A stretch of 64,000 nt of DNA from Octopus sinensis (taxonomy: Eukaryota), in contig NW_021833270.1 in the NCBI RefSeq assembly GCF_006345805.1, positions 1 through 64,000 of the forward strand, given 5' to 3'. Under the pieces are notes generated by a model that was given only the letters and a program-made list of their open reading frames with translations, searched no databases and was not told the origin of the DNA. Made by a program: the position numbers and the translations under genes. Shown in pieces: positions 61,905-64,000 of this stretch. Position 1 is the first letter of the stretch; each line of letters begins with the position of its first letter.

Positions 61905-62307
61905 AGGCGCAGGAGCGGCTGTGTGGTAAGTAGCTTGCTTACCAACCACATGGTTTCGGGTTCAGTCCCACTGCGTGGCATCTTGGGCAAGTGTCTTCTG
62001 CTATAGTCCCGGGCCGACCAATGCCTTGTGAGAGGATTTAGTAGACGGAAACTGAAAGAAGCCTGTCGTATATATGTATATATATATATGTGTGTGTGTG
62101 TGTTTGTGTGTCTGTGTTTGTCACCCTAGCATTGCTTGACAACCGATGCTGGTGTGTTTACGTCCCCGTCACTTAGCGGTTTGGCAAAAGAGACCGATAG
62201 AATAAGTACTGGGCTTACAAAGAATAAGTCCCGGGGTCGATTTACTCGACTAAAGGCGGTGCTCCAGCATGGCCGCAGTCAATTGACTGAATCAAGTAAA
62301 AGAGTAA
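61905..62307 (+). mobile_element. SINE family A
   Basis: Near-consensus copy. Confidence 0.9.
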
Positions 62308-62993
62308 GTGCTATACTAATAAATTTCATTTCTATTACACGAGTTTGCATACTATTCAAAACAATAGTTGATATAGTTATTTCATAACTGTATATCTTCT
62401 GTAGGAGTCGTGAAATGTATTTTAGAATTTTCTCCACAAATATCGATAATAGGTTCTCACAAAACGTGATTCGGGTGCAAACGCTGTTAAGTTAAACACG
62501 AAGAAACCAAACTGAATAGGTTGGAAACAGTTGGTCACTTATATCTCAGACATTTTCTTACATCAAGTGCTTTCTAGCAATTTCTTTATTAGTATAACGG
62601 TAATTCATAATCACAACATCTCAAAATTCCTCTTAAATTTGCTCTGTAGTATTTATGTATATATTTATTGAATTGTGTTTGTATTTATTTTCTAATGGCC
62701 TTACAAAGAAAACCACTTACGATGGAAGCAAAGTTAATCGAAAACTACTTATTTCGCTCTCGCAAACTAATACATGTTTTACAGAAAACACACTTACATG
62801 TATGGTCTATAGAATAGATATATATCTGGTTGTGTGTATGTTTATATGTACGTATATATACACTTATGCATGTATATATTGTATGCGTGTATATGTATTT
62901 ATATTTACATTTATCTATAGATATATATGTATGTATATATCGGCACACAAACGCGCGCGTTCACACACACACACGCACGCAAAGACACACACA

Positions 62994-63030
<37 letters not shown>

Positions 63031-63148
63031 GCACACATACACATACACACACAAACACACAAATGTATATATACCATGCATACATATATCTATATTTTTC
63101 TAGTTTATTAGTTACAAAATAAATGCCTAGTGCAACATTCAGTTTACT

Positions 63149-63186
<38 letters not shown>

Positions 63187-63471
63187 TGTGTGTGTTTGTG
63201 TGTGTGTGCGCGCGTGCAAGTGACTGTAGTGCTAACACACATTCTACAAGATAGCGATTTTCGAGTAACATCGACTTTTATAAACAGCGATTATTAGGCG
63301 TATATTTTCACTCGGAAAAAGGAAAAGTCAATGGTCGAGTATCATTTATACAAAAAGATTCCACATTTGGTGACAACATTTATTGCTGTATTTTCTTTTT
63401 TGGATCTTATTTAGCAACTCTGTGATAAAGCTTTCCAAACATGACCATTCGTCTTCAATTATATCAATACT

Positions 63472-63886
63472 GGGATCTTTTCGGTTTGAACGGCAGTTTC
63501 TAACATAATTTCTAGGTAACTAAAAAATGTTAAACTTCCTATACTGGTAGAATGTGTTTATAAAACATCTTTTTCTCTTGGCTTTATTGAGAAAATTCTA
63601 TAGTTTGTAAGATATTTGTTGTTTTTCTTTTCTTCAATTTCTGCAATTTCAACCAATCAATTACGTCTATTGAGGTAAAAAACATTCTGTGCCGTATGAA
63701 TATGTCCCTCGTTTAAGAAACAGATTGGATTTATTTACATTTGTGAAGAAAAAAGATAACCTTCACTCCACCCCTAACCTTAAAACAGATTGAAATGCAA
63801 TAGATCGATAGTAGGGTCATAATTATGGGTGACAATTTCAGATGACACCGCTAGAAAAAACTTCCGTTCAAACCGAAAAGATCCCG
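63472..63886. mobile_element. Complete MITE family E (~415 bp)
   Basis: TIRs gggatcttttcggtttgaacgg / ccgttcaaaccgaaaagatccc with TA near both ends. Confidence 0.85.
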
Positions 63887-64000
63887 TAACATTTTACACC
63901 AAAACCGATTGTGAGGTCTCCCATGTGATTTCCTATTCGTTAGTTTTTCTACAAGAGCCGAGAGAATATTTTTACTGATGCAATGATTTATGAGAAACGA

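Overview
AT-rich eukaryotic DNA full of microsatellites and almost entirely repeat-derived. The SINE, RTE and Tc1 families look like those of Octopus (recognised from memory, not searched). I could not identify a host protein-coding gene with confidence; most ORF-track entries are microsatellite translations or transposon fragments. Main elements: (1) a full-length ~6.05 kb Tx1-type L1-clade LINE embedded in a (GATA)n tract, plus a second 5'-truncated copy fused to a SINE head; (2) mariner, Tc1 and piggyBac relics; (3) Gypsy pol/integrase relics and an LTR with its primer-binding site; (4) RTE and CR1 fragments; (5) non-autonomous Helitrons and MITEs; (6) four SINE-like families and a ~250-bp degenerate satellite. 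The most interesting result is two unrelated, non-coding ~340-355-nt repeat families carrying type I hammerhead ribozyme motifs (21.1-21.8 kb and 30.4-31.7 kb; five motif copies). Both sit as back-to-back inverted pairs flanked by (TA)n. In the first family the two arms are different circular permutations of one 353-nt, rod-folding monomer, as expected of a retrozyme / circular-RNA-derived or Penelope-mobilised element. All structures were folded by eye and no activity has been shown.
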